From contig OZ219926.1 in the NCBI GenBank assembly GCA_964291405.2, positions 3,360,001 to 3,424,000 on the forward strand: a DNA stretch of 64,000 bases, in the 5' to 3' direction. Origin of the DNA: Thermodesulfobacteriota bacterium. GTDB lineage: Bacteria > Desulfobacterota > Binatia > Bin18. Of the stretch, positions 35,923-45,282 are shown piece by piece. Every line of letters begins with the position of its first letter. Position 1 is the first letter of the stretch. Below the pieces are notes generated by a model. The model was not told the origin of the DNA. It did no database searches and worked only from the letters and a program-made list of their open reading frames with translations. The position numbers and the translations under genes were made by a program.

Positions 35923-37143
35923 ATGATGTCTGAGCAATTACCGTTATCGGGTGTTCGTGTTGCCGATTTTACCTGGGTGTGGGCTGGGCCGTTCTGTACC
36001 TTGCAACTGGCCCATCTGGGAGCCGAGGTCATTCGGATCGAGTCGGAGAGCCGCCTGTGTGTCACGCGGCGTATTCCACCGGTTGCCGACGGGGAAGCCG
36101 GGCCGAACCGCTGTGGGTATTTTAATCAGTACAACCAGGGCAAACACTCGATATGCCTCAATCTCAAAAAGCCGGAGGGTCTGGAGGTCGCAAAAAAGCT
36201 GGTTGCAGCCAGCGATATCGTTGCTGAGAATTTTGCCGCGGGTGTAATGGACCGGATGGGCCTGGGATACGAAACCCTCAAAACGATAAAGCCCGATATC
36301 ATCATGATTGCGCTCTCCGGCTATGGCGCGACCGGACCGGAAAGCCCGTATGTATCCTATGGTCCGGCCCAGGTGCCGATGAGCGGGCTGGCCTCCCTGA
36401 CGGGCTTTCCCGACTCCCCCCCGATGAGCGTCGGGTTTTCTTATGGCGACCCGAACGGCGGGCTGCACGGCGCTTTTGCCGTGTTGGCCGCGATGATGCA
36501 TCGCGCCCGGACTGGGGAGGGGCAGTATATTGACATGTCGCAGTGGGAGACCTCGGTGGCTCTCGTGGGCGAAGGGATCATGGCCCAGGAAATGAACGGC
36601 GCCGCACCCCAGCGGATGGGCAATCGCGACCCGTATATGGCTCCGCATGGCCTGTTCCGCTGTCAGGGGGAAGACCGCTGGGTCAGTATTGTGGCGGCGA
36701 ACGACGACGAGTGGCAGCGGCTGTGTGCGGTCATGGAGAAGCCGGACCTGGCCAGTGATGCTCGGTTTGCGACGCTGGCAGATCGGAAGGACAACGAAGA
36801 TGCCCTCGAATCCGCTGTCACGGACTGGACTGCCACGCGGTCTGCGGAAGAGGTCACCCGCACGCTCCAGGCGGCGGGTTTGGCCGCCTTTCCGGCCGTG
36901 ACCAATAAGGAATTGGCCGAAGACGAGCACCTGCGCTCCCGCCCCTTCTTTGCCGAGCTTGAGCACCCGGAGGTCGGTGTGCGGCAACATGCCGGCATCC
37001 CGTGGCACTTCTCGTATACTCCGTGTCAGGTCCGCCGGCCCGCACCCTGTTTTGGCCAGGATACCGAGAGTGTGTTACAGCGCGTGCTGGGGTATTCAGT
37101 AGACGAAGTCGCCACCCTCAAGGACAACGGGGTCTTAAGCTGA
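35923..37143 (+). CDS. Class III CoA-transferase (CaiB/BaiF), second of a tandem pair
   Basis: RVADFTWVWAGP, LGAEVIRIE, NQGKHSICLNL, APCFGQDT. Confidence 0.9.
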   Translation: MMSEQLPLSGVRVADFTWVWAGPFCTLQLAHLGAEVIRIESESRLCVTRRIPPVADGEAGPNRCGYFNQYNQGKHSICLNLKKPEGLEVAKKLVAASDIVAENFAAGVMDRMGLGYETLKTIKPDIIMIALSGYGATGPESPYVSYGPAQVPMSGLASLTGFPDSPPMSVGFSYGDPNGGLHGAFAVLAAMMHRARTGEGQYIDMSQWETSVALVGEGIMAQEMNGAAPQRMGNRDPYMAPHGLFRCQGEDRWVSIVAANDDEWQRLCAVMEKPDLASDARFATLADRKDNEDALESAVTDWTATRSAEEVTRTLQAAGLAAFPAVTNKELAEDEHLRSRPFFAELEHPEVGVRQHAGIPWHFSYTPCQVRRPAPCFGQDTESVLQRVLGYSVDEVATLKDNGVLS

Positions 37144-37174
37144 GGGCGATTGGTTTCCTCTGAAGGACCATCCT

Positions 37175-37597
37175 ATGCGCTTTCCTCTCCGTCTTCTCTT
37201 TTTTCTGGTTGGATTTCTCCTGATGCACGGGGGAGGTCCGATCCACGCCCAGCATGGTGGTCTGGCTATGGAGCTGTACGGGACGATCAGCTTGGCGCCG
37301 GGCAGTCAGGTCGTGACGCTGGCTGTAGGAAAAGGAGAGACGCTGCGGTTTCGGGTCCAGGATATAGAGAGCCGCTATACTGATTTCTCGGTAATCAATT
37401 TTCTGTCCGAAATTCGTCATCGTGAGCCGAGTCTATATATCAAGGGTCCGGCGCATTATGTGGACCTGTTACGCAAGGAAGAGCCCGAAAAACGTCTGCT
37501 TCGGCTCACCGGCTTATACTATTCGAGCGCTCGCAATTTCGTGCTGAGCCGGGTGCGGCCGGTCCGGCCGGGCGAGCAAAACGAGCGAAACTTCTAA
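37175..37597 (+). CDS. Hypothetical exported protein
   Basis: 140 aa with signal-peptide-like N-terminus; AAGGA RBS; fills the gap between co-oriented genes. Confidence 0.6.
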   Translation: MRFPLRLLFFLVGFLLMHGGGPIHAQHGGLAMELYGTISLAPGSQVVTLAVGKGETLRFRVQDIESRYTDFSVINFLSEIRHREPSLYIKGPAHYVDLLRKEEPEKRLLRLTGLYYSSARNFVLSRVRPVRPGEQNERNF

Positions 37598-37688
37598 GCC
37601 TCGATATCAGAGGACTACACGATATTAGCGAGATATCGAAGCGCGGCGTCCCCTGTTTGCTATGCCACTGATGAAGGAGGGCGGTCGG

Positions 37689-38426
37689 ATGGGCGAACAA
37701 AAGAAAGCGATTGTGGTCGGCGTCGGAGCCGAAGTCGGGGTTGGCGGGGCGGTCTGCCACCGCTTGGCGCGTGAGGGCCTGCACGTGTTTATTGCAGGGC
37801 GCACTCAGGAAAGGCTGGAGCAGCTCGCGCGGAACATTCGGGCTAGGGGTGGAGTCGCAACCGGAGTGGTGACGGATACCACGCAGGAGCCTGATGTCCT
37901 CCGCTTGTTTGATACTGTGGAAAACCAGGGCGACGGTGTACTGGACTGCGTGGTGTATAACGCGGGCAATAATTTCCCTAAGCCGCTACTGGAGACCGAA
38001 GCCGAGTTCTTTGAGATGGTCTGGCGGGTGGGCTGCTTGGGGGGCTTTCTGGTCGGTCGGGAAGCTGGTCGGCGCATGATCCCCCGCGGACGGGGAACTA
38101 TTATCTTTACCGGTGCGACCGCCTCGATTAAGGGCCGCCCGCCGTTCGGTTCTTTTGCATCAGCCAAAGCGGCCCTGCGTTCTCTGTCGCAAACCATGGC
38201 GCGCGACTGGGGACCGCAGGGGATACATGTGGCACATGTGATTATCGATGGCGGTATTAACGGCGACCTGCTGAACACCCGTCGCCCGCAGCTCAAAGAG
38301 CAGCGCGGGGAAGACGGTCTGTTGGACGTTGACGCTATTGCCGATACCTATTGGCATCTCTATACCCAGGATAAAACCGCCTGGGCTCAGGAAATCGACC
38401 TACGACCGTATAAAGAGACGTTCTAA
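37689..38426 (+). CDS. Short-chain dehydrogenase/reductase
   Basis: IVVGVG..VGVG, YNAG, FTGATAS, FASAK, HVAHVIIDG, EIDLRP; start at ATG 37689 after AAGGAGG. Confidence 0.9.
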   Translation: MGEQKKAIVVGVGAEVGVGGAVCHRLAREGLHVFIAGRTQERLEQLARNIRARGGVATGVVTDTTQEPDVLRLFDTVENQGDGVLDCVVYNAGNNFPKPLLETEAEFFEMVWRVGCLGGFLVGREAGRRMIPRGRGTIIFTGATASIKGRPPFGSFASAKAALRSLSQTMARDWGPQGIHVAHVIIDGGINGDLLNTRRPQLKEQRGEDGLLDVDAIADTYWHLYTQDKTAWAQEIDLRPYKETF

Positions 38427-38461
38427 GCGTGGGTCGGTCGGGGCCGAAAGAAGGGGAACGT

Positions 38462-39499
38462 ATGGATTTTGGGTTACTGTTGCCGTTTCGAAATCCGAAA
38501 CAATGGGAAGTGCCGTTTCCGCAGCTATACCAGGAGCATATCGAGCAGGCGGTCCTGGCCGAGGAGTTGGGCTACGATCATATCTGGACGACCGAGCATC
38601 ATTTTGCGGACGACGCCTGGTCGCCCTCCCTGCTGCCGATCCTGTCCGCCATGGCTATGAAAACCAGCCGCATTCGGCTTGGGACCTATATTATCGTCCT
38701 GCCCCTGCATAACCCGGTTCGGGTCGCGGAAGATGCAGCAACCGTTGACATCCTCTCCAACGGTCGGCTTGACCTGGGTCTCGGCCAGGGCTACTGGCTG
38801 AGCGAATTCGCCAGCTTCGGTATTCCGCGCAAAGAGCGCGCGGCACGACTCGAAGAAGGAACCGAGATTATCCGGCGTTGCTTTACCGAGGACAGCTTCT
38901 CTTTTGAAGGTAAGCACTACAATCTGCGCGAAGTGATCCTGGCTCCCAAGCCCGTACAAAAACCCCACCCGCCGATCTGGATCGCGGCGATGGCGGAGAA
39001 ATCAGTCGCCCGGGCCGCGAGACTGGGCTATCACCTGGGCGGCAGTGGCGGGGCTGACTTGCAGCAAATGTATGATTCCGGACTCCAGCAGCATGGCCGC
39101 AATACGGACGATTATCATATTGCCCAACTGCGGGCGGTCTATGTGGCCGAGAGTCGAGAGCAGGCCTGGGACGACGTGGAACCGCATCTGTACTATATGA
39201 TGAGTTCCTATGACCGGCGCTTTAAGGAGGCTGACGACCTGCCCTGGAGCGACTCGGTCATGTCCACCCCCACGGTGCCACCGGTGGGTGAGTTGCGTCA
39301 CGTCAAGGACCTGTCTTTTTTCCAAGCGCCGCTCATTGTCGGTACTCCGGACGACGCCATTCAGGAGATTAAGCGCTACAGCGCGGAAACACGCGTCACC
39401 CATCTGGTGATGTGGATGCAGATGGCGGGGCTTGATCCGAAAAAATCACAGCGTTCAATGGAGCTGTTTGCCAAAGAGGTCATGCCGCATTTTCGGTAG
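38462..39499 (+). CDS. LLM-class flavin-dependent oxidoreductase
   Basis: AEELGYDHIWTTEHHF, DILSNGRLDLGLG, PKPVQKPHPPIW. Confidence 0.92.
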   Translation: MDFGLLLPFRNPKQWEVPFPQLYQEHIEQAVLAEELGYDHIWTTEHHFADDAWSPSLLPILSAMAMKTSRIRLGTYIIVLPLHNPVRVAEDAATVDILSNGRLDLGLGQGYWLSEFASFGIPRKERAARLEEGTEIIRRCFTEDSFSFEGKHYNLREVILAPKPVQKPHPPIWIAAMAEKSVARAARLGYHLGGSGGADLQQMYDSGLQQHGRNTDDYHIAQLRAVYVAESREQAWDDVEPHLYYMMSSYDRRFKEADDLPWSDSVMSTPTVPPVGELRHVKDLSFFQAPLIVGTPDDAIQEIKRYSAETRVTHLVMWMQMAGLDPKKSQRSMELFAKEVMPHFR

Positions 39500-39514
39500 G
39501 AGGGGGTCCGTCTT

Positions 39515-40663
39515 ATGCCGTCCATCGCACGTGTCGCCGGTTTCTGTGATCCGGCATTCAAGGCCGTCCGCGAGGCGCTTGAGCAAAACTTGGCCGATGG
39601 CAAGGAAATTGGCGAGTGTGTGGCCGTTGTCGTGAATGGGAAGACGGTTGTTGATCTGTGGGGTGGGTATAAGGATCGAGCACGGACGCAGTCCTGGGAG
39701 CGGGATACCCTCGTGTGCATGTTCTCGGTCGGAAAGCCGCTCTCCATCCTGCCGGTGTTGATCCTCGCCGATCAGGGTCGGATTGACCTGGGCCAGCCCG
39801 TCTCCCGCTACTGGCCAGAGTTTGGTCAAGCGGGCAAAGAGCACATTACCGTCAACCACGTGATTTCCCACCAGGCGGCTATCCCCGGTGCGCTCAAGGC
39901 TCGAAAAGGCGATGCCTACCATTGGGGAAACATGGTCCGGGCTGTCGAGGAACAAGAGCCGTTATGGGAGCCCGGCACGAGTGGGTGCTATCATACGGTT
40001 AGCCTGGGCTATCTGACCGGCGAGTTGGTGCGACGCGTCACCGGAAGGACCATCGGCCAATTCTGGCGTGAGGAAATAGGTCTGCCGCTCAACATCGACT
40101 ATCATTTTGGTCTGTCTGCGGCGGATCAGCAGCGTTGTGCGGAAATCTACGAAGCTCCTCACGGACCGTTTATGGATGCGATCCGGGATACGAACACCCT
40201 CCTCGGTAAATGCTGGGTTCCATTGCCGTTACAGGACCACGAAGAGGATTTTAACAGCGAATTATACCGGGCTACGGAGATGCCGTCTTTTAACGGCCAG
40301 GGTGTCGCCCGTGGCGTTGCCCGATTGTTTTGCATCCTGGCCTGTGGCGGCGAACTTGAGGGCTCGCGTCTGCTCAGCCAGGCTCTGGTTGACCATGCCA
40401 TGACCGAGGCGTGGTATCAGACCGACGCGCTTGGGCTAACGTGCCGGATGTCCAACGGTGGCTTTATGCTGCGCAACTCCGAGTTGACCTCGTATAACCA
40501 CAATCCCAGATCGTTTGGGCATCTAGGTCTGGGTGGTGCCATCGCCTTTGGCGACCCGGACGCCAAACTGGGCTTTAGCTTTTGTGGTAATCGCATGGCG
40601 CCAATAGGCGACCTTGGGCCGTATGCGAGCCGGTTGCTACAGGCGACAGCAGCCTCACTGTGA
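39515..40663 (+). CDS. Serine hydrolase, beta-lactamase/class VIII esterase family
   Basis: VDLWGG, FSVGK (SxxK), YWPEFGQAGK, PLWEPG...YH, FGHLGLGG. Confidence 0.9.
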   Translation: MPSIARVAGFCDPAFKAVREALEQNLADGKEIGECVAVVVNGKTVVDLWGGYKDRARTQSWERDTLVCMFSVGKPLSILPVLILADQGRIDLGQPVSRYWPEFGQAGKEHITVNHVISHQAAIPGALKARKGDAYHWGNMVRAVEEQEPLWEPGTSGCYHTVSLGYLTGELVRRVTGRTIGQFWREEIGLPLNIDYHFGLSAADQQRCAEIYEAPHGPFMDAIRDTNTLLGKCWVPLPLQDHEEDFNSELYRATEMPSFNGQGVARGVARLFCILACGGELEGSRLLSQALVDHAMTEAWYQTDALGLTCRMSNGGFMLRNSELTSYNHNPRSFGHLGLGGAIAFGDPDAKLGFSFCGNRMAPIGDLGPYASRLLQATAASL

Positions 40664-40672
40664 GGCTGCTGT
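40646..40672. terminator. Hairpin overlapping the hydrolase stop codon, between convergent genes
   Basis: acagcagcctca-ctg-tgaggctgctgt perfect stem. Confidence 0.55.
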
Positions 40673-40728
40673 GAGAGAGGAGCGAGAGCCCGGATAGGGA
40701 TCAGCTCCGGTCATTCTTTTTCGGTCGT

Positions 40729-42129
40729 CTATAACTCCGGGTGCTGCTTATGCCACTCGGTGGCCTGCTCATACGCATAGCCAACCTGACAGATGGTCTG
40801 CTCGTCAAACGGCTTGCCGGCAATCTGAAGGCCGACAGGTAAACCATCCGTATCAAAGCCACACGGCACCTGAATGGCCGGTAGGCCGGTGAAATTGAAA
40901 ATCGGGGTGTAGACGCTGAAGTCTGCGGAAACGATGCTCAGGCCGGGCGAGCCTTCGGCAATGGGGTTCACCTGAAAGCCTGCGGTGGGCAGCATCAGGA
41001 CATCGACGTTAGTGTCGAGGGCGTTGAGGAGATCGTCCCGTACCTGGGCGCGGACCTGGGCCCCCATCAGGTATTGCGCTCCGCTGACCAGGAGACCGTA
41101 GGCCACAAAGAGTTTGGCATGGGGATTATACTTATCCCCACAGTTGCGCACATTGTCCACGTGGATGGCCGCGCACTCGGAAAATAATCCCGGCCACTCA
41201 ATGGCCTGGAGTTGGCTCAGCGTAATGGAAGGAACATCAACGATTTCCGCTCCGAGGCGCTCGAATTGCTGGACCGCCTGGTTATAGGGTCCGAGCAGCT
41301 TAGGGTCACAGTTGTCTTCATAAATGGAATGTAGCAGCCCGATCCGCATGCCCGTAATGTCCTGACCGATCTTCTCGGTAAAGTCCGGCACAGGTATATC
41401 TGCCGAGGCCGGGTCCAACGGGTCATAGCCGGCACAGCCTTGCAGCATGAGGGCTGCGTCGGTCACGGTTCGGGCGAGTGGGCCGGTGTGGTCGAGGCTC
41501 CACGAGAGCGGATACACGCCCGCTCGACTGACGCGGCCATAGGTCGCTTTGAGCCCGACAATGCCGCAGCACTGGGCCGGCCAACGGATGGAGCCGCCCG
41601 TACACGATCCCATACCGGCATAGGCCATCCCCGCGGCGGTCGAAGCCGCAGTGCCGCTGCTCGACCCGCCGGCATCATGAGCCAAGTTCCAGGGATTATG
41701 CGTTGGCTGGTAATAGGACTGTTTGGTGGGAAAACCATAGGCAAACTCATAGGTCGCGGTCTTGCCCAAGACCAGCGCGCCGGCTTCCTTGAGTTTTGCA
41801 ACCGAGGTGCAGTCCTTTTCGGCCACATAATGTTCCAGCGATTGGGAGCCGCAGGTGGTTGGCCCGCATTCATAGATGTCTTTAATGCCGATGGGGACGC
41901 CGTGCAGGGGGCTGCGATAGGTCCCGCGCTGAATCTCGGCCTCAGCCGCATGGGCCGCTTCCATCACTTCATCTCTGAAAACCGTATTAAAGGCATGGAG
42001 CTGAGGTTCGAGTTGTTCTACTCGATCGAGCATGGCCTGGGTGACCTCGACCGGGGAAACGTCTTTTCGCTGAATGTTCCCGGCCAATTCCTCAATCGAC
42101 ATATAAGCGAGTTCTCGGGCAGCCGTCAT
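40729..42129 (-). CDS. Amidase-signature family amidase (GatA/AtzE-like)
   Basis: GVPIGIKD, GKT, NPWN..HDAGGSSSG, GSCTGGSIRWPA, GLPVGLQI. Confidence 0.92.
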   Translation of the reverse strand: MTAARELAYMSIEELAGNIQRKDVSPVEVTQAMLDRVEQLEPQLHAFNTVFRDEVMEAAHAAEAEIQRGTYRSPLHGVPIGIKDIYECGPTTCGSQSLEHYVAEKDCTSVAKLKEAGALVLGKTATYEFAYGFPTKQSYYQPTHNPWNLAHDAGGSSSGTAASTAAGMAYAGMGSCTGGSIRWPAQCCGIVGLKATYGRVSRAGVYPLSWSLDHTGPLARTVTDAALMLQGCAGYDPLDPASADIPVPDFTEKIGQDITGMRIGLLHSIYEDNCDPKLLGPYNQAVQQFERLGAEIVDVPSITLSQLQAIEWPGLFSECAAIHVDNVRNCGDKYNPHAKLFVAYGLLVSGAQYLMGAQVRAQVRDDLLNALDTNVDVLMLPTAGFQVNPIAEGSPGLSIVSADFSVYTPIFNFTGLPAIQVPCGFDTDGLPVGLQIAGKPFDEQTICQVGYAYEQATEWHKQHPEL

Positions 42130-42347
42130 GAGGTCCCCCCTTTCTTATCGAGCGCGTGCACCAGTACGGGCTCGCTCTCCGGCATGCTCATGCCCTCAAC
42201 CAGTTGGCGGGATTGCCGCATATCTTCCACGACCCGCTGCCAGCGCAGGAGGTTTTCATACGGGACCAGCAGCTTATCGAGTTCGGCATCGGTCAGCTCA
42301 AGGTTCCACTCGGCGAGTTTCGCTGCAATGAGGGCTTTTGTGTCCAT
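42126..42347 (-). CDS. Small protein coupled to the amidase (GatC/AtzG-like partner?)
   Basis: 73 aa, ATGA overlap with the amidase start; helical N-half (LELTDAELDKL) and EP near the C-terminus. Confidence 0.6.
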   Translation of the reverse strand: MDTKALIAAKLAEWNLELTDAELDKLLVPYENLLRWQRVVEDMRQSRQLVEGMSMPESEPVLVHALDKKGGTS

Positions 42348-42356
42348 ACTCTTCTC

Positions 42357-42641
42357 CTACTTCAGTTCCGTTTCCACAAAGACGAACTCGTAGTCATTGG
42401 CGTTAATCACATCGTGTTCGACCCCGACATTCCGAAAATAGGGGATGCCCTGGGTCAACTCGGCTTCGTGGTCGCCGTCCGGAGCTTTCAGCAATAACTT
42501 GCCCGTTGTCATGGGTACGACAACATAGTCGTACTCATGCCGATGGTAGCCGGTTGCCGCACGGGGGGCGAAACGCCACTCCGTCACGCGCACGCGCTCA
42601 TTATCGATGAGAACGGTCGAGTGGGCTTGCTCTTGCGACAT
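42357..42641 (-). CDS. Cupin domain protein
   Basis: DNERVRVTEWRFAP..ATGYHRHEYDYVVVP, GVEHDVIN, FVETELK. Confidence 0.88.
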   Translation of the reverse strand: MSQEQAHSTVLIDNERVRVTEWRFAPRAATGYHRHEYDYVVVPMTTGKLLLKAPDGDHEAELTQGIPYFRNVGVEHDVINANDYEFVFVETELK

Positions 42642-42793
42642 ACAACCCTCCTTCCCTGTTGCTGTGGAAAGAGCGTAGCGCAAGAATTTTGAGATGCAAC
42701 TATTTTCGTTGTGACAGGCTGAGTGGCGAAAAAGGCGACCCGACGATAGGGTCGTGTGTCCAGCCGGGCTGGATTACAGATTTTGGCCGGGCC

Positions 42794-43507
42794 CTAGGAG
42801 TGCTCAGCCGCTATCCATTCACGTTGCATCCGGTCCGGCTGGAGGCCCATGCGTGGCTTTCGCTCGGGAATAATCTGATAACAGGTGGACTGAACGGTCC
42901 CGAGTCCGCAGAGCGTCTCATAACCAGCTGACTGCTGCCACCGCTGGCAATCCGTGGTGCTGCTCCAAGAGCTGAGCAGGACGTAATGCACGGCTGCCTG
43001 CTGCGGCACAATGCCGCCGAGCCGGGTAAAGACATAGGGGGTATGGATATGCTCGTTTCTAATCGCCTCATAGGGCAGGATACCAAAGCTCGTAATGTCC
43101 GAGAGTGCAGCGGTGACCTGACCGGACTCTTTGTCTAAAAGCGGTGTGTCCCTGAGCAGCATGGTTTCGTTCAGGATGGTACCAGTCGCCGCTTCGTTGT
43201 CGGCCAGTATCCGTCCTTTGCGTAGATAATAGGCGGTCCACCATTTTTCTCGGGCTTCATCCTGGACCTTTACATGTGCATGGTCACGCTGCCAGTCTTC
43301 CATGGCTTCGAGCGTGTCAAACTTGGCAAAGAAGAGCCACCAGGAAGTACCCGCAATCGGCCCGCCATAGGTTTCCCGAAAGCCCGCCTGTGCTACGGCA
43401 TGGGGCATGAACTGTTCATGGCGTTTGATATAGGCGTCCAAGAATTCCGGACGTGGACGAAAGCCGCCTTCGGCAATGTGCAGGGTAGAGGAGAAATCTT
43501 CAGCCAT
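42794..43507 (-). CDS. ABM/heme-degrading monooxygenase-like protein, probably two ABM-type domains
   Basis: AKFDTLEAMEDWQRDHAHVKVQ..AREKWW..Y in the N-half; LSSWSS..DCQRWQQS in the C-half. Confidence 0.6.
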   Translation of the reverse strand: MAEDFSSTLHIAEGGFRPRPEFLDAYIKRHEQFMPHAVAQAGFRETYGGPIAGTSWWLFFAKFDTLEAMEDWQRDHAHVKVQDEAREKWWTAYYLRKGRILADNEAATGTILNETMLLRDTPLLDKESGQVTAALSDITSFGILPYEAIRNEHIHTPYVFTRLGGIVPQQAAVHYVLLSSWSSTTDCQRWQQSAGYETLCGLGTVQSTCYQIIPERKPRMGLQPDRMQREWIAAEHS

Positions 43508-43596
43508 GGCGTCCTCCCTTTTTCAGCACCAGAAGTATTGAGGCGAGTGTACTCAGCCGCGATTTGATAGGCAAGCTTGTGAGTGAGAATATCTCA

Positions 43597-43727
43597 TCCC
43601 CTCTTGGGAGGGGTGTCGCAACGCGGCGGGGTGGGTTTCAGCCGGTTGAGTAGGCTGCGTCAGGGCGGGGAGGGTCAGGCCGGAGGAACCCACCCCGGCC
43701 CTTCGGGCCACCCCTCCAAGGAGGGGA
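43597..43727. repeat. REP/BIME-like doublet: two inverted 41-bp palindromic units
   Basis: tcccctcttgggaggggtg...ggggtgggtt (43597-43637) and its inverted partner aacccacccc...cacccctccaaggagggga (43687-43727). Confidence 0.8.
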
Positions 43728-43791
43728 GTGGGTTATAGAAGGCTTTTGTCCGGCGCGGCAAAGTGCTATGGCGGCAGTGGAGGAGGACGCC

Positions 43792-45258
43792 ATGTCAACA
43801 TCAAAATCTGCTGCAATCCGAGCCAAGCTGGATCACCCGGTGATTGATTCAGATGGCCATATGGTCGAATTTGAACCCGGCTTTCTCGACTATCTCAAGC
43901 GAGAGGGCGGTGCCTCCATGGTCAAGCGCTTTCTCTCACCCGAGCGTAACTCCGGAGGCTGGGGCCGTTTGTTCCGTTGGTATTCCTTGTCGCCCGAAGA
44001 GCGTCTGGACCAACGCGCGACGCGCTCGCCGTGGTGGGCGCTACCGACAAAGAACACCTTGGATCGCGCAACCGCCATGCTGCCCAAGCTCTTGTCCGAA
44101 CGGATGGACGTCATCGGCCTTGACTTTACCGTTCTCTACCCAACGCTGGGCCTACTGTTCCCACATATTGAAAACCCCGAAATGCGCCGGGCAGCCTGCC
44201 GGGCGCTCAATACTTTTCATGCGGAGTATTTCGGCGAGTATGCCAGCCGGATGACCCCGGCGGCCGCTATTCCCATGCACACGCCGCAGGAGGCCATTGA
44301 AGAGCTTGAGTTTGTGGTTCACGAGCTCGGTCTCAAGGCCGTGATGATGGCCGGGCATGTGCAGCGTCCCATTCCGGTAGTCGAACGTGCTGCCCCGGAG
44401 GTTGCCGAACACGCGTTTTGGCTGGATACGTTCTGTTTGGACAGCGCGTATGACTATGACCCGGTCTGGGCTCGCTGTGTCGAGCTGAAGCTCGCGCCGA
44501 CCTTTCACTCGCCGGCCATGGGCTGGGGCAGCCGGACCTCCATCTCGAACTATATGTATAACCACATCGGACATTTTGCCGCCTCGGGCGAAGCGCTGTG
44601 TAAAGCCATGTTCATGAGTGGCGTCACGCGTCGGTTCCCGACGCTCAAGTTCGGCTTCCTGGAAAGTGGGGTTGGCTGGGCGTGTAATCTGTACGCCGAT
44701 ATGATCGGCCACTGGGAGAAGCGCAACGGCACAAAGATGGCCAACTACGATCCGGCCAATCTGAACTCCGAGCAGTTGCTCGATTTGTATCAACGCTACG
44801 GCGGCAAATGGGCCAAGGAATATCCCGGCCGTCTGATCGATGAAAAAAACTTGATGGGCGGTACCCGCGAAGACCCGAACACGCTGGATGACTGGGCGCA
44901 CTGCGGGATTGAAAAAGCCGAAGACATCAAAGGCTTGTTTATTCCTAATTTCTATTTCGGTTGTGAAGCTGATGATCCTATGAATGCCATAGCGTTTAAT
45001 GCCAGGCTGAACCCGTTTGGCGCTCGTCTCAAGGCCATTTTCAGTTCGGATATCGGTCACTGGGACGTGCCCGACATGGAAGAAGTTCTGGAAGAGGCCC
45101 ACGAACTGGTCGAGCACGACGTGATCACCCCAGATGACTTTCGGGATTTTGTCTTCACCAATCCGACCACGCTATGGACGGGGACCAATCCCGACTTTTT
45201 CAAAGGAACGGTGGTGGAGGGGGCCGTGGACAAGCTGCTGGCTCAAGAGGCTGCGTAA
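43792..45258 (+). CDS. Amidohydrolase family 2 protein
   Basis: VIDSDGHMVE, VLYPT, YDPVWARCVEL, GFLESGVGW, FSSDIGHWD. Confidence 0.88.
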   Translation: MSTSKSAAIRAKLDHPVIDSDGHMVEFEPGFLDYLKREGGASMVKRFLSPERNSGGWGRLFRWYSLSPEERLDQRATRSPWWALPTKNTLDRATAMLPKLLSERMDVIGLDFTVLYPTLGLLFPHIENPEMRRAACRALNTFHAEYFGEYASRMTPAAAIPMHTPQEAIEELEFVVHELGLKAVMMAGHVQRPIPVVERAAPEVAEHAFWLDTFCLDSAYDYDPVWARCVELKLAPTFHSPAMGWGSRTSISNYMYNHIGHFAASGEALCKAMFMSGVTRRFPTLKFGFLESGVGWACNLYADMIGHWEKRNGTKMANYDPANLNSEQLLDLYQRYGGKWAKEYPGRLIDEKNLMGGTREDPNTLDDWAHCGIEKAEDIKGLFIPNFYFGCEADDPMNAIAFNARLNPFGARLKAIFSSDIGHWDVPDMEEVLEEAHELVEHDVITPDDFRDFVFTNPTTLWTGTNPDFFKGTVVEGAVDKLLAQEAA

Positions 45259-45282
45259 CTGCGTGGGATAAAGAGGAGAAGC

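Noticed and set aside
40729-42347. gatA/gatC of Glu-tRNA amidotransferase
   Set aside because: No gatB adjacent, and the signature region and C-terminal motifs differ from true GatA.
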